Assembly: GCA_965277185.1 (NCBI GenBank)
Contig: CBDICC010000020.1
Coordinates: 63,145 to 127,144 of the forward strand
Direction of reading: 5' to 3'
Length of the DNA stretch: 64,000 bases
Source of the DNA: Cytophagales bacterium
GTDB lineage: Bacteria; Bacteroidota; Bacteroidia; Cytophagales; JAHDFW01
The position numbers and the translations under genes are program-made. Below, one piece after another: positions 17,240 to 25,707 of this stretch. The notes beneath the pieces are model-generated. The model worked only from the letters and a program-made list of their open reading frames with translations. It was not told the DNA's origin and did not search any database. Position 1 is the first letter of the stretch; every line of letters begins with the position of its first letter.

Positions 17240-19888
17240 TTACTCATGAACCAACTTCAATGTCTGCTGACGATCTCCAATCTGAATGGTAACAAAATAA
17301 ACCCCTCTCCCTAAATTCTCAGAAATAGGCAATACTTTTTGGTTAACAGCTGAGCGTTCAAAAACAATTTGACCTAATACATTTCGTACCTGAAGAGAGG
17401 CGTTTTGGGCAATCATCTTTGTTGTAAATTCTACATAGAATTCTCCGTGAGTTGGATTGGGATAGATCCGAACACTTTCTAGGATTTCGTCCTCTAAACC
17501 TTGAAATAAAATATTGAAACATTGGGAGGTATCGACACATCCATCTTCGGTGATTTCTGCGGCATAAATCCCACTATTGCTTGGAGCATAAACCTGATTG
17601 GTTTCACCACCAATTACGCTGTAGCCATTATCACAATTCAACCAACGATAAGAACCTGTGCTACTACTGATGAACAACGTATTGTTTACAGAAGTTACTG
17701 CTGTATTAACGGTTTTGATAGTCAAGTGCAACGTTACGATCGAATCACACCCTAAAGCATTTGTGTACACATGAACTGGCTCTGATGAAGAAGTATACGT
17801 TATTCCATGCCAAGTGAATGATCCGCATTCTACAGCAGTGGTGTCACCGCTTAAGGTATTGAGTACGGTCAGGTGTAATGTGAGTACGGAATCACAACCA
17901 TTCGAAGCAACTAATGTATGTATGTAATCTCCAGCTCCATTATATGTATTGCCATGCCACATGATTGAACTACATACAGTAGCAGAAGTATCTCCCGTTG
18001 TAGCAGAATGAATAGATAAGTGCAATGTTAACACAGAATCACAACCGGTAGCATTTCCACCTATGAAAGTATGTTCGTAGTCTCCGCTTGAAGAATAAGT
18101 ATTTCCGTGCCAATCAAAGTTTCCGCATGCATTGGCTGTAGTATCTCCCGTTGTAGCAGAATGAATAGATAAGTGCAATGTTAACACAGAATCACAACCG
18201 GTAGCATTCCCACCTATGAAAGTATGTTCGTAGTCTCCGCTTGAAGAATAAGTATTCCCGTACCAATCAAAGTTTCCGCATGCACTTACGGTAGTATCCC
18301 CAGTAGTACCGGCACTAGAGTTGATGGTTAGATGCAATGTTAACACAGAATCACAACCAGTAGCATTTCCACCTATGAAAGTATGATCGTAGTCTCCGCT
18401 CGAAGAATAGGTATTCCCGTACCAGTCAAAGTTTCCGCATGCACTGGCTGTAGTATCACCATTGGTATTTCCGCTAGAATTAATCGTTAAATGTAAGGTT
18501 AAAACGGAGTCACATCCTCCTGCATTCCCACCAATAAATGTATAATTATAATCTCCACTTGAAGAATAAGTTGAACCATACCAGTTTATGCTATTGCATA
18601 CCGTTGCGGATGTATCACCGGTTGTATTTCCTCCTGGCACGATGGTTAAATGCAATGTCAAGACGGAATCACATCCAGCAGCATTCCCACCGGGGAAAGT
18701 ATGGTTGTAATCCCCACTTATTGAATAATTGGTTCCATACCATGTAAAATCACTGCATTGCGTTGCAGATGTATCGCCAACGGTATTAGACGAATCAATT
18801 ACTAAATGCAATGTAACTACGGAATCACAACCAGCAGCATTCCCACCAACGAAAGTATGATCATAATCTCCGCTTGAAGAATACGTATTCCCATACCAAG
18901 CAAAGCTTCCGCATTTTGTTACATTCGTGTCTCCTGTTGTGGGCAAATGGACGTCCAAATGGATGGTTAAGATTGAATCTCCACCCCAAATATTGGGAAT
19001 CGTATCTGTATAAATTCCGGCAGTAGTATATACGTCATTTCCACTAGGAACTGTGTAAGAAGCACCTTGACAAATCGTCGGATTAATAACGCCATAACTT
19101 AAAGGAATTCCACCAATTCGAGTCAAATGACCAAAAGCATTCGACCAGGTATTGTCAGTCCCTAATACTCGCAGATAGAAGACATGTAATCCCGTATCCG
19201 AAGGAAAAGAAGAAGGCGATTCTGAAATGCATTCAAGTGCGTGGTCAAGTGTACCATTAACCATAAGCAAAGCGAAGCCATTTCCTTGATCAGGATCGAC
19301 ATCCCAAAAATATTCGGCCTGAGTCAATTGAGTAGTACGCGTTATAATGGTGTTGTTTTTTACATTCACCGCATAACTAAATGCGTTCGACCAAAACCCA
19401 TCCTCGCCAAGAACACGTAAATGAAAACTATGCAGTCCTGCTGAAGGCAAGGAAACACTATCTGCGAATAACTGTTCGATTATTTCATTAAATCCTCCGT
19501 CCTGGGCTAGAATTGAAGTAGCTAGTCCTTGTCCCGGATCGGTATCCCAATAATATTCGGCTTGGGTGACTTGAGCGATCCGCGTGGTCAGAGTGTTGTT
19601 TTTGACATTTATTACATGGGTAAAAAGATTACTCCATGTTCCATTTAATCCTAAAACTCTAAGATTAAATGAATGAATTCCTACAGAAGGTAAATTGACG
19701 GAATCGCTTAATACTTGTTCAATGGCTTCGTCCATTGCTCCGTCCAAGGCCAAAATCGCAGTTCCATTTCCTTGTCCCGGATCGGTATCCCAGAAATATT
19801 CTGCATTTGTAATTTGTTGTGCTGTGCCAAAGGAACAGGTTAAAATCACAAAGGTGAATAAAAAAACTATTTTAGGAATGAATCTCAA
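17240..19888 (-). CDS. T9SS type-A C-terminal-sorting-domain repeat protein (882 aa)
   Basis: The C-terminus 'VRIYPNPTHGEFYVEF...GVYFVTIQIGDRQQTLKLVHE' is a Por_Secre_tail. Three N-terminal roughly 95-aa repeats ('AEYFWDTDPGQG...') are followed by at least 8 tandem roughly 51-aa repeats ('GDTxAxxCxxFxWYGxTYSSSGDYxHTFxGGNAxGCDSVLTLHLTI'). It has a signal peptide and a TTG start. Confidence 0.8.
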   Translation of the reverse strand: MRFIPKIVFLFTFVILTCSFGTAQQITNAEYFWDTDPGQGNGTAILALDGAMDEAIEQVLSDSVNLPSVGIHSFNLRVLGLNGTWSNLFTHVINVKNNTLTTRIAQVTQAEYYWDTDPGQGLATSILAQDGGFNEIIEQLFADSVSLPSAGLHSFHLRVLGEDGFWSNAFSYAVNVKNNTIITRTTQLTQAEYFWDVDPDQGNGFALLMVNGTLDHALECISESPSSFPSDTGLHVFYLRVLGTDNTWSNAFGHLTRIGGIPLSYGVINPTICQGASYTVPSGNDVYTTAGIYTDTIPNIWGGDSILTIHLDVHLPTTGDTNVTKCGSFAWYGNTYSSSGDYDHTFVGGNAAGCDSVVTLHLVIDSSNTVGDTSATQCSDFTWYGTNYSISGDYNHTFPGGNAAGCDSVLTLHLTIVPGGNTTGDTSATVCNSINWYGSTYSSSGDYNYTFIGGNAGGCDSVLTLHLTINSSGNTNGDTTASACGNFDWYGNTYSSSGDYDHTFIGGNATGCDSVLTLHLTINSSAGTTGDTTVSACGNFDWYGNTYSSSGDYEHTFIGGNATGCDSVLTLHLSIHSATTGDTTANACGNFDWHGNTYSSSGDYEHTFIGGNATGCDSVLTLHLSIHSATTGDTSATVCSSIMWHGNTYNGAGDYIHTLVASNGCDSVLTLHLTVLNTLSGDTTAVECGSFTWHGITYTSSSEPVHVYTNALGCDSIVTLHLTIKTVNTAVTSVNNTLFISSSTGSYRWLNCDNGYSVIGGETNQVYAPSNSGIYAAEITEDGCVDTSQCFNILFQGLEDEILESVRIYPNPTHGEFYVEFTTKMIAQNASLQVRNVLGQIVFERSAVNQKVLPISENLGRGVYFVTIQIGDRQQTLKLVHE
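17750..18960. repeat. in-CDS tandem DNA repeats with a period of about 153 bp (at least 8 copies). Two adjacent copies at about 17989-18142 and 18143-18296 are nearly identical.
   Basis: Direct reading: the block 'tatctcccgttgtagcagaatgaatagataagtgcaatgttaacacagaatcacaaccggtagcatt' recurs at 17989 and 18143 with only 2-3 mismatches over about 150 bp. Flanking copies are more diverged. Confidence 0.75.
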
Positions 19889-19951
19889 GGTTATATTGAA
19901 TTTAAATTTTACGAAATGAAAACGGATTAATGTGATGCAATTAGTTCGTTG

Positions 19952-21151
19952 TTATCGATCAAATGAATATCCTTTTACGGCATTGGAGTTTCCTATGATG
20001 ATTTCCTGTGGCATTTCTAGAAAATATACTTTGGAGCTTGTACCCGTAATCGGATGAAAATTATTGATAGTATAGGAGCCGCCTAGGCATCCCGCATCGT
20101 TACGAGTAAGATCAAGGTCATAATAATCTAATCCTGGAGCACCTCCATCAATGGTGTTGGATGCTGTATTAGAACCATCCGAATTTATATCGAAGGAAAA
20201 AGGAGTACTGTTGCTGATTAGAGAAGATACTCCCACAATTGTAGCCATATTGAAGCCATATTCAATGTAATTATAAGCAGCTGTGACAGTTCCAGTGGAG
20301 AGATTTTGAATCCCATAATCCGCAGTCCCATGATCCGCAATAACGTTGTTGAAAATATAAAAACTTCCCGCAGATCCAGTGTTAAGGACGATTCCGTAAT
20401 CATTGGTAGTGATCGAGTTATTTCGAATGATGTTTTCCTTCGGACCAACCTTGGACCCTCTGATATGAATAGAATAAGCAAGATAATTGACTGTATTTCG
20501 CATGTAGTTATTACTTATTAATACATAATGACTTTGCGTATAGGAAGTAATGTATCGAATAGACATGTTGCCTATAACTTTGACGGTTTTGGTTCCACTC
20601 ACATTATCACTGTAAATTTCAACATCCCCACCACCTAAGTCGTTTCCAATAATGCTTCCATCGGTCAGTCGAATGTAGGTTCCATATCCAAAATTACAGC
20701 TGGCAACATTCAATTCGAAGTAATATGCATTGAACGAAATGTTTGCCGCCAGAAACTTACATGACATAAGATTCACAATTGTAGCGGAGGTGGCACCACT
20801 GCCACTCGCATTCACCGTACCTCCGGAATTATCCATACCAATGATATTTACTTCCCGACCAGGAGCATGTTCAACAGTATATGTACCTAATACTAAGAAT
20901 TGTTGATTATCCACCGCGCTAAGAAAGGTGAGAGATTTATTAATGGTGATATCTTCTATCCAGGGAAGGGCTGAAACCTTATTATTAATAATAATACGAT
21001 CTCCATCTACAGAGGCAGTAACTGCTGCACCAATGGATGCATAGGTTCCTACGGGACCACTATCCTGAACAACCAAATCCGTTCCGCTTGCGGTACAGGT
21101 GATCATCATGATAAGACCTAAAACACTAAGTAAAGATGTAATCTTTTTCAT
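19952..21151 (-). CDS. secreted hypothetical protein, probable right-handed beta-helix (pectin-lyase-like) fold
   Basis: 399 aa with an ATG start. The signal peptide is 'MKKITSLLSVLGLIMMITCTASG'. The sequence is Asn/Gly/Ser/Thr-rich with periodic 'NNxI/GxxxxN' beta-helix-like rungs, and there is no T9SS tail. Confidence 0.5.
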   Translation of the reverse strand: MKKITSLLSVLGLIMMITCTASGTDLVVQDSGPVGTYASIGAAVTASVDGDRIIINNKVSALPWIEDITINKSLTFLSAVDNQQFLVLGTYTVEHAPGREVNIIGMDNSGGTVNASGSGATSATIVNLMSCKFLAANISFNAYYFELNVASCNFGYGTYIRLTDGSIIGNDLGGGDVEIYSDNVSGTKTVKVIGNMSIRYITSYTQSHYVLISNNYMRNTVNYLAYSIHIRGSKVGPKENIIRNNSITTNDYGIVLNTGSAGSFYIFNNVIADHGTADYGIQNLSTGTVTAAYNYIEYGFNMATIVGVSSLISNSTPFSFDINSDGSNTASNTIDGGAPGLDYYDLDLTRNDAGCLGGSYTINNFHPITGTSSKVYFLEMPQEIIIGNSNAVKGYSFDR

Positions 21152-21397
21152 TTTATATAATGTATGTGAAGAGAATCAACTTGCCGCGTAGCAGTAGTTA
21201 ATTAGTTAAAGATACAGGCTTTACTTACTAAATAAGCAATGTGGAGCAGCTTAATTAGTAAGTGGCATAGAAAATGAGTATGCGGGATAAATTAGTTCAA
21301 GTTGTTGGTCCACAAGGAGGTAAGCCACTTGGAAATAAGAAGGGGATGAATTGAATTGAAGATTACCATGAATAAAGGAATTCCTCCTAAATTAGAC

Positions 21398-22108
21398 TTA
21401 ACATCGAGCAACCTTGCGCTTTTTTCCAATTTGTCCCTTTCCTTCCATTTTTATAATATAATCTGTAGCTACAGGAACTTTACAAGAAGTTTCGCCCATA
21501 AACACCTCTACCTTTCCAATCTTATCAGCTACCGCTTTGGCTTGGTCTAATAAAGGTGGTAAGTAGCTCCCAACAGAAATCACAAAGTTATTCATCGTAT
21601 ATCGAACTCGATTTTCTGCTTGGTGTACAGTATTGCCTACTCGCTCCAACAATTCAGCGTACTTTTTCAAATCTAATTCTTCAGTAGGTTTTATCGAAGC
21701 CATTCCCGATAAAGTGGCCCAACCAGCAGAAGTGATGAACTCGTTTTCGGTATTTTCAATCCATTTAAGACCCATTTCCCAACCATGTTCGGATTCTGCG
21801 CACACGGCTGATACGGCATAATCACTTAAATAATACCAATAAGCCGCTTCTACCCATTCTTGTAATTCCGCTTTGGTGATTTTGGTTTCATCCGCGATTA
21901 ATCCACCTAAATACATGGCGTCCGAGTTTCCTGTTTTGAAAAGCTGCAATGCTAATTCATGGTCTTTTTTAACCTTCTTAACAATGGTCTTTAAGTCGGC
22001 CACTTTTACACCATAAAATGGTTCTTTGGCTCCGTGACGGACGAGTACTTTCTTGGTTTGAGCGTTTCCCCATTCCTCCAACTTCGTCATTACTTCCTGA
22101 AATTCCAT
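21398..22108 (-). CDS. DNA alkylation repair enzyme (AlkC/AlkD-like HEAT-repeat DNA glycosylase family)
   Basis: 236 aa. The N-terminal pattern 'LEEWGNAQTKKVLVRHGAKEPFYGVKVADLKTIVKKVKKDHELALQLFKTGNSDAMYLGGLIAD' fits the DNA_alkylation family profile. Confidence 0.65.
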   Translation of the reverse strand: MEFQEVMTKLEEWGNAQTKKVLVRHGAKEPFYGVKVADLKTIVKKVKKDHELALQLFKTGNSDAMYLGGLIADETKITKAELQEWVEAAYWYYLSDYAVSAVCAESEHGWEMGLKWIENTENEFITSAGWATLSGMASIKPTEELDLKKYAELLERVGNTVHQAENRVRYTMNNFVISVGSYLPPLLDQAKAVADKIGKVEVFMGETSCKVPVATDYIIKMEGKGQIGKKRKVARC

Positions 22109-22202
22109 ATTAGTAAGTTTAATGTAATGTAATTTAATTTAATTGTTTAGTTCTTTTCCTCGTAGTTGTCCAATTTCATTGTGTGAAGATGGAACTATAA
22201 AA

Positions 22203-23618
22203 CTAAAATTTTATTCCTAAAATACAAATATCATCTAATTGTTCATGTCCACCTTTCCAGTTTAAAAACTCTTTATGAAAGCGAATTTTTTGTCGTTCAA
22301 GTGGTTTTTGACATACAGAACCAATGAAGTTTCGCAATCGCTTATAGGAATATTTTCTTCCTAAGTCTCCACCAAATTGATCTGCAAAACCATCACTAAA
22401 TACATAAATTAAATCCCCTTTCTCAAGTTGAACATTATGGTTTTGATAGGGATACATGGCTATGGAATGCCCTATAGTTGATTTGGTGGCTTTAGTTTCT
22501 GTTAATTGTCCGTCTCGTACATGGTATAATGGGTTATATGCACCAGAATATTCCAATTCCAAAGTGTCTAAATTGACTTTAATTAAAGCAATGTCCATTC
22601 CATCCAAGCTATAGATTAGCTCCTCACGATTTCCAAGAACATGAATGAATTGGGTACGGAGTCTTTCCAGGACATCACTTGGTTTGATGTCGGGATTTTC
22701 TTTTATAATTTCATTGAGATAAGATATGCCCAACAAACTTAAGAATGCACCAGAAACGCCGTGGCCTGTACAATCGGCAGCAGCAACATACCAGGTGTTG
22801 TCCTTTTGGTAGTTCCAGTAAAAATCCCCACTGACAATATCCTTAGGGTGAAAAAATACAAAATGCTCGGGCAAATGCTTGCTCACATAAGACTCCTCGT
22901 CCATTAATGCATTTTGAATCCGTTGTGCATACATTAGGTTGTCGGTTAAATCCTTGTTTTTTTCATTCAGAAGGGCATTGGCTGTTTTGACTTCGTCCTG
23001 ACGAACATTGAGAGCATTGTTTTTAAGCTTAACCTGATTAATTATGGCCGCACGTACATCAATATATCGAATCAGAATATACGCCAACACACCCACCATC
23101 AGAATAAAATTAAAGAGCAAAGCCCATTGATTGTTCGTGGTCGCAACTATGGCATTTTGATGATAAATATCAAATTGGCGGAGTGCATAAAGAACCGTGA
23201 CAATGCATACGTCTAAAATGGCGAAAAAAATGGTAACGCGTTTACTTAACAAAAACGATACGATCACGATGTGAATAATGTAATAGGGAGCGGCCAAAAA
23301 ATCAATACTACTTCCCATCTGAATGAAACTGATTGTAGTAGAAATTAAATTGGCGATCGCAAAAAACAAAGATGCTTTATGTGTAGAACGAGTCCATTTT
23401 AAAACTAAGGGTGTAGCAAGAAGAAGAGATAATGCAAGAAATGTGAAAACAAGCAGGTGCCAAGCGCCATAATAGATCATTAGCGGCACAGAAGACAATG
23501 TAATTAACCCATAGCCAACCGGAAGATAGATAACTAGTTTAGCCTTAGCTATCCCTAAATGATCATCCAAGCCAATTTGGAGTAATCGAATTAACCAAGC
23601 ATGAATTTTGCGTTTCAA
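22203..23618 (-). CDS. membrane-anchored PP2C-family Ser/Thr phosphatase (SpoIIE-like) with an N-terminal multi-TM sensor and coiled coil
   Basis: About 6 N-terminal TM helices, then a coiled coil ('KLKNNALNVRQDEVKTANALLNEKNKDL'), then the PP2C core 'SGDFYWNY...YVAAADCTGHGVSGAFLS' ... 'DGMDIALIKV' ... 'YVFSDGFADQFG'. TTG start at 23618. An alternative ATG lies at residue 47. Confidence 0.75.
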   Translation of the reverse strand: MKRKIHAWLIRLLQIGLDDHLGIAKAKLVIYLPVGYGLITLSSVPLMIYYGAWHLLVFTFLALSLLLATPLVLKWTRSTHKASLFFAIANLISTTISFIQMGSSIDFLAAPYYIIHIVIVSFLLSKRVTIFFAILDVCIVTVLYALRQFDIYHQNAIVATTNNQWALLFNFILMVGVLAYILIRYIDVRAAIINQVKLKNNALNVRQDEVKTANALLNEKNKDLTDNLMYAQRIQNALMDEESYVSKHLPEHFVFFHPKDIVSGDFYWNYQKDNTWYVAAADCTGHGVSGAFLSLLGISYLNEIIKENPDIKPSDVLERLRTQFIHVLGNREELIYSLDGMDIALIKVNLDTLELEYSGAYNPLYHVRDGQLTETKATKSTIGHSIAMYPYQNHNVQLEKGDLIYVFSDGFADQFGGDLGRKYSYKRLRNFIGSVCQKPLERQKIRFHKEFLNWKGGHEQLDDICILGIKF

Positions 23619-23657
23619 AAAAATAGAATTTTTTCCAGTTGGAAGATACTATTAATT

Positions 23658-24527
23658 TTACTTACTAACTAAATATACACCGGTGAAAATCAGTGAACTA
23701 AGCAATAGCGTACGGACAAGGTCGATTTCTAATCCTAATACCAAGGTTAAAATCGTCGTGATCACCGGTTGAAGATAAATATAGAATCCAACAACCGATG
23801 CGTTTACAAATCGGAGCGACCAGGCGTTGAGAAGATACGCCATAAATGTTGTAAATAGAATTATAAAACCCATAGCCCAAAGAACCTTGGGGGTGAAAAC
23901 GGCAAGTTTCAATTCCATTGCTTCTGAAAAACCAAAGGGAAGAATCATTAAAAAACCAAAGGAGAAGGTCCATCTTACAACGGTCAAGGCTTTATATTTG
24001 TTCATTAAGGGTTTTACCAATACTAAATAGATTCCGTAGGAAGAAGCATTGATTAAAATGAATAAATCACCCCAAATGGTTTCGGAACCAAAGGAAAAAT
24101 CAGAACCAGCGATCAATAAAACAGCACCGGTAGCCCCAAGTATAATTCCTAATATCTTTTTCCATGTAATTGCTTCTTTGAGGAAAATAGCTGAAACAAT
24201 TAGAACTAAAATGGGCGTAGTTGTCATAATTAGAGAAGCATTGACAGCCCGTGTAATACTTAGTCCTTTGAAGAACATAAGTTGATTTAATGCCACCCCA
24301 AAAAAGGCACATAATGCAAGCTTAAGGTAATCTTTGCGCTCTACTTTTTCTCTAACAAATAAGACATGTACAAGGATAAAGAGTGCTGAGCCAAAAGCTA
24401 CTCGAATCAAGATGGCCCCAAAAGGTTTTATGTATTCAGGGACAACGGATTTAGTTACGAAATAGTTAATTCCATAAATCAGGGCAACGATTAACATCGC
24501 CAAATGAGCTTTCCATTGCTGAATCAA
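23658..24527 (-). CDS. EamA/DMT-family transporter
   Basis: 289 aa with 10 predicted TM helices and duplicated EamA halves. The ORF-track start is TTG at 24527. A likely ATG at 24497 gives 'MLIVALIYGINYF'. Confidence 0.75.
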   Translation of the reverse strand: MIQQWKAHLAMLIVALIYGINYFVTKSVVPEYIKPFGAILIRVAFGSALFILVHVLFVREKVERKDYLKLALCAFFGVALNQLMFFKGLSITRAVNASLIMTTTPILVLIVSAIFLKEAITWKKILGIILGATGAVLLIAGSDFSFGSETIWGDLFILINASSYGIYLVLVKPLMNKYKALTVVRWTFSFGFLMILPFGFSEAMELKLAVFTPKVLWAMGFIILFTTFMAYLLNAWSLRFVNASVVGFYIYLQPVITTILTLVLGLEIDLVRTLLLSSLIFTGVYLVSK

Positions 24528-24566
24528 TTGAATTTTTGTTCTTAAGGGTTAAAAAGAAAAAACGAA

Positions 24567-25343
24567 CTACCAGGTTAATTTTTCCTTGTTCAAAAAAGCA
24601 CCAATTCCTGCTTTGCAATCCGCTGAATCGCGTGCAGTGGCATTCATGGCCGCAGCATAATTAAGCCCTTCGTCCAAGTTCATATTCTGAACGTTCGCAA
24701 TCATTTTTTTCGTGAGGGCCATGGATTCTCCGGAATTTTCCGTGCATAACTTTTCCGCAAATGATTGCACATACTCCGTTAGATCTCCTTCCACCACTTG
24801 ATTGACTAATCCCATTTGAAGGGCAGTTTGCGCATCAATTAAATCTCCACTTAACAACAGTTGTTTTGATTTACCCTCCCCAATTTTTCGAATTAGAAAT
24901 ACTTTCACAATGGCCGGAATAAATCCGATTTTCACTTCTGTATATCCAAACTTGGCTTCGGGTATGGTAAAAGCAAAATCACAAACAGTAGCTAGTCCAC
25001 ATCCACCAGCAATGGCATGTCCGTGCACCTGCGCAATGATTACTTTCGAAGATTGATAAATCATCTTGAAAAGTTCCATTAGATGCCGGGAGTCCTCCAG
25101 GTTTTCGTCGTAGCTATTCTTTTGTAATTGTTGTAAATATTCCAAATCTGCCCCTGCACAAAAGACTTTTCCAGCAGCTCGGAGTACGATAACCTTGCAA
25201 TCGCTGCTTTCTTCGGCATGTCGAAAGGTTTCTTTTAATTCTGTTACCACCTGAGAGTTCAAGGCGTTTCGTTTTTCGGGTCGATTCAATGTAATGTATC
25301 CAACCCGATTGTTTAGTTCAAAATTAACATATTGATGCTGCAT
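24567..25343 (-). CDS. enoyl-CoA hydratase/isomerase family protein
   Basis: The crotonase fold shows 'ITLNRPEKRNAL', 'VIVLRAAGKVFCAGADL' and 'IAQVHGHAIAGGCGLATVCDF'. 258 aa with an ATG start. Confidence 0.8.
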   Translation of the reverse strand: MQHQYVNFELNNRVGYITLNRPEKRNALNSQVVTELKETFRHAEESSDCKVIVLRAAGKVFCAGADLEYLQQLQKNSYDENLEDSRHLMELFKMIYQSSKVIIAQVHGHAIAGGCGLATVCDFAFTIPEAKFGYTEVKIGFIPAIVKVFLIRKIGEGKSKQLLLSGDLIDAQTALQMGLVNQVVEGDLTEYVQSFAEKLCTENSGESMALTKKMIANVQNMNLDEGLNYAAAMNATARDSADCKAGIGAFLNKEKLTW

Positions 25344-25569
25344 GGAGTAAAATTAGTAAGCTCCATGGAAAGTAAGCCGAATTTCAGCGGTTTTTTACCA
25401 AATAAATTAAGGAATGGAGAATGCAAGTTGCAGTTTCCCATTAGACTTGATGTTGATTACGTTAGTCCATCTTATTTGATAGATGATAATTTAATTAGCC
25501 TATTAGGTGCTTTTTTTTGAGTAAATATATAAGAATGTCGCATGCCTTCTAAAATGAAATAGAATGAGG

Positions 25570-25611
25570 AATCTATATTATTGAAAACTCCTAATAATAT
25601 AGATTCCTGAT
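25570..25611. promoter_or_regulatory. perfect 16-bp inverted repeat (aggaatctatattatt / aataatatagattcct) with a 10-nt loop
   Basis: Read directly. It lies about 100-140 bp downstream of the giant AAA+ gene stop (25708) and about 230 bp upstream of the enoyl-CoA hydratase start. The AT-rich stem is followed on the minus strand by a T-rich stretch. It could be a terminator or an operator. Confidence 0.3.
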
Positions 25612-25707
25612 ATTTATCGTCTTAAATCTAGGAGGATGATGTTTTGCTATGCCGAACAAACTAGGTCGTAGTTTGTAGTTTGATTTTAAGACATCCAACA
25701 GGTTAAA

